From positions 6,262,001 through 6,326,000 of the forward strand of contig OZ038378.1 in NCBI GenBank assembly GCA_964036045.1: a stretch of DNA of 64,000 nt. Reading direction: 5' to 3'. Below are positions 62,053 through 64,000 of this stretch, one piece after another. Position 1 is the stretch's first letter; each line of letters starts with the position of its first letter. The DNA is from Eutreptiella sp. 'Long Island Sound 2002'. Taxonomy: Eukaryota > Protista > Euglenida. The position numbers were made by a program, and so were the translations under genes. The notes beneath the pieces are model-generated. The model saw only the letters and a list, made by a program, of their open reading frames with translations, ran no database searches and was not told the origin of the DNA.

Positions 62053-63347
62053 TAGCAGGTGCAATATTGCTATGGTGCTCACATCTCCCCATATCCTTTG
62101 ATGTTTGTGCCGCGTGTGCATGGGCTCATTTGACGTCCCCTTGAAATTTCTATCGTCTTCCATGGCTCAACTGAGCGGCAGTGACACAGCAAGCGTTCAC
62201 TTGGCAGAGCAAAGTCCTCAGGGCTATAGTCTGGAGGGGACCGGAAAGCTCAGGAACACAAACCGGTTATTCCTTCATCGTGTCGCTGCCCTGGATGTAG
62301 CGAACACCGTTATTCCGACCGACCCCTGCGCGAAAGTGTACCATGAGGATGCTGTCCCCTTCTCCACAGTTTTGTCTCCTGTTTGGAGGCTACAGTTGCA
62401 GGCAGTGCGCTGCTGTCATCACGTCTCTCTCACGCAATGAACGAGCACAAAAACGAGGCGCCCAAATAGAGAGCGCGCGGCGCCGATTGCAAGGCTGGGC
62501 TGCAAAATGTTTCTCGAGATTTGGCGCAAATGTGGGGCAAATCAGACCAAATCAAGCCCGAAACCATTCTTCGCATCCTGCTAGGCTGACTGGGACTCTG
62601 AAGTGGCCTCAACATGCAAAGCAAGTCTGGTTTTCCTCATCTTATCCGCGTTGCACGTGAGGCAATGCATGGGACGTCGCCATCTTTTTGCAGACATGCA
62701 TTTTACGCCAGATCATCGTCTGTGTTGAGGAACCTACCAGAGACAGGATCGGCATGAAGCAGCCTGACTGCGAAAATGTCTTGCACGACAGCTATACAAG
62801 AGACTGCACCTCAAATGGGCCCTGAAAGATATGATCTTTTGTCCAGAAATGCTGTTGGTGGAGGTTCAGAAGGCGGTGGTATTTGTTCTTTATTGAAACG
62901 GAATTTCTGTCTGGGTTGTTGTCAGTGTCTGGTTTTCCAGCACGGTACGAAACAACGCAATTTTAAAGCGGAGCAATGGTGCATTCTGCAAATGTCGTTT
63001 GAGGGTTGTGGAGCGTCAAATAGCAGGTGAAGGGTTGTTTTAGGGTTGTATTTGAGGGTTGTGCAGATTGGGGTGGTCGGTTGAGGAAGGGTCAGAGGAG
63101 AGGGTGACAGAAAGGGGCGGGAAAAAAAGGAGGTGGGGGGGGGGCTGCTGGGGGTTGGTGACGGTTGCAAAGGATTGTGGACAGTCATGGAGGCTCACAA
63201 TATTGAGTGGAGAGTTGGGGGTGGGTAAAGTTCATAACCCCCGGTGACCGGCGTTTGTTTGACTGCGGCCGCTCACACGTATCGGCAGGAACCGTCTGTG
63301 GCACTGTGCGGCCTTTGCCCGCCCTCGTCCGCGGGGAAGCAGGGCCC

Positions 63348-64000
63348 ATGAGCTTTGTGGCCAGTGCGGATGACGAGAAGTTCCTCCGTCTCAGCGCCGA
63401 GCACGACCCGCCCCGGCCCTCCACCCCCCCCTCCCCCCTCCCCATCGGCCCCCCGCTGTCGGGGCTGCTGTGGATTGGGGACCTGCTTTGCATACTGCCC
63501 CCCGCCCCCAAGGCGCGCTGCCTGTCGTGCAGCGCGGGGCTCCTCCGCCAGCGGGACTCCGCCTGCTACCTCACGCTGACGGCGGGGGATCACAGTGTAC
63601 AGTCGCCGGTCTCCACCGGGGCCAAGCAGCTGCAGTGGCCCGGCCCCATGGTCCTCTCGGTGGTGCAGGGGGTCGTGGAGCTGGCGATCGAGCTCTGGCA
63701 GAAGCGCCCGCTCTGGCGCCCGCGGCTCCTGGGCAGCGCCCTGCTGCCGCTCGCCGTCTTGGGGCGGGGGCGCGCCGCGCCGCTGCGGCTGCGGCTTGAC
63801 CGTCGCCCGCGGACGGCGCGGCCGCCGCTGCTGGCGCTGCGGCTGTACACCGCCGACTTCGGGGCGGCGCCCACGACGGCCCCGCAGTTCCATCTGCGGT
63901 GCTCGAGCCCCGCGCTGAAGGGGGCGGAGCGGTTCAAGGGCGTGGGGACCCCCTTTGTGTTCCCCTCGGGCTGCCCCCCCCTGGGCCTGTACTACAAAGG
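63348..64000 (+). CDS. C2-domain-containing protein (partial, open at the window edge; absent from the ORF track)
   Basis: Stop-free from ATG 63348 to the end, with GC3-rich codons. YLTLTAGDHSVQSPV..LQWPGPMVLSV..ELAIELWQKR..LLGSALLPLAVL matches the C2 strand pattern. Confidence 0.65.
   Translation, partial: MSFVASADDEKFLRLSAEHDPPRPSTPPSPLPIGPPLSGLLWIGDLLCILPPAPKARCLSCSAGLLRQRDSACYLTLTAGDHSVQSPVSTGAKQLQWPGPMVLSVVQGVVELAIELWQKRPLWRPRLLGSALLPLAVLGRGRAAPLRLRLDRRPRTARPPLLALRLYTADFGAAPTTAPQFHLRCSSPALKGAERFKGVGTPFVFPSGCPPLGLYYK

Overview
Eukaryotic, repeat-dense genomic DNA. There is no operon structure, rRNA, tRNA or CRISPR. The short interspersed repeats resemble those I recall from euglenid (Eutreptiella-like) sequence, but that taxon call is inference only. 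Supported host genes, all on the + strand: (i) a two-exon RBBP4/MSI1-type WD40 histone chaperone (49705-50495 + 51671-52169, GT-AG intron); (ii) a polyglutamine protein whose exon with 80 consecutive Gln joins in frame to a terminal exon across a 7-kb satellite-filled intron (about 32806-33665 + 40715-41023); (iii) a C2-domain ORF running off the right edge (63348->64000). The rest is mostly mobile DNA and satellites. It includes a degenerate L1-like LINE (APE-RT-zf-RNase H) and several copies of a second LINE family that abut (CA)n tracts and carry an unrecognised C-x2-H-x4-C-x2-C-x9-CC-x2-GH module. It also includes a head-to-tail trimer of 1.1-1.4-kb non-coding elements with 13-bp subterminal inverted repeats and telomere-like spacers (Helentron/DINE-like), a TA-flanked MITE, and (AACCGCC)n elements bounded by direct repeats. 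A J-like-domain ORF is broken by a (GGGC)n insertion flanked by a 6-bp duplication. Most ORFs in the supplied track are spurious translations of repeats.
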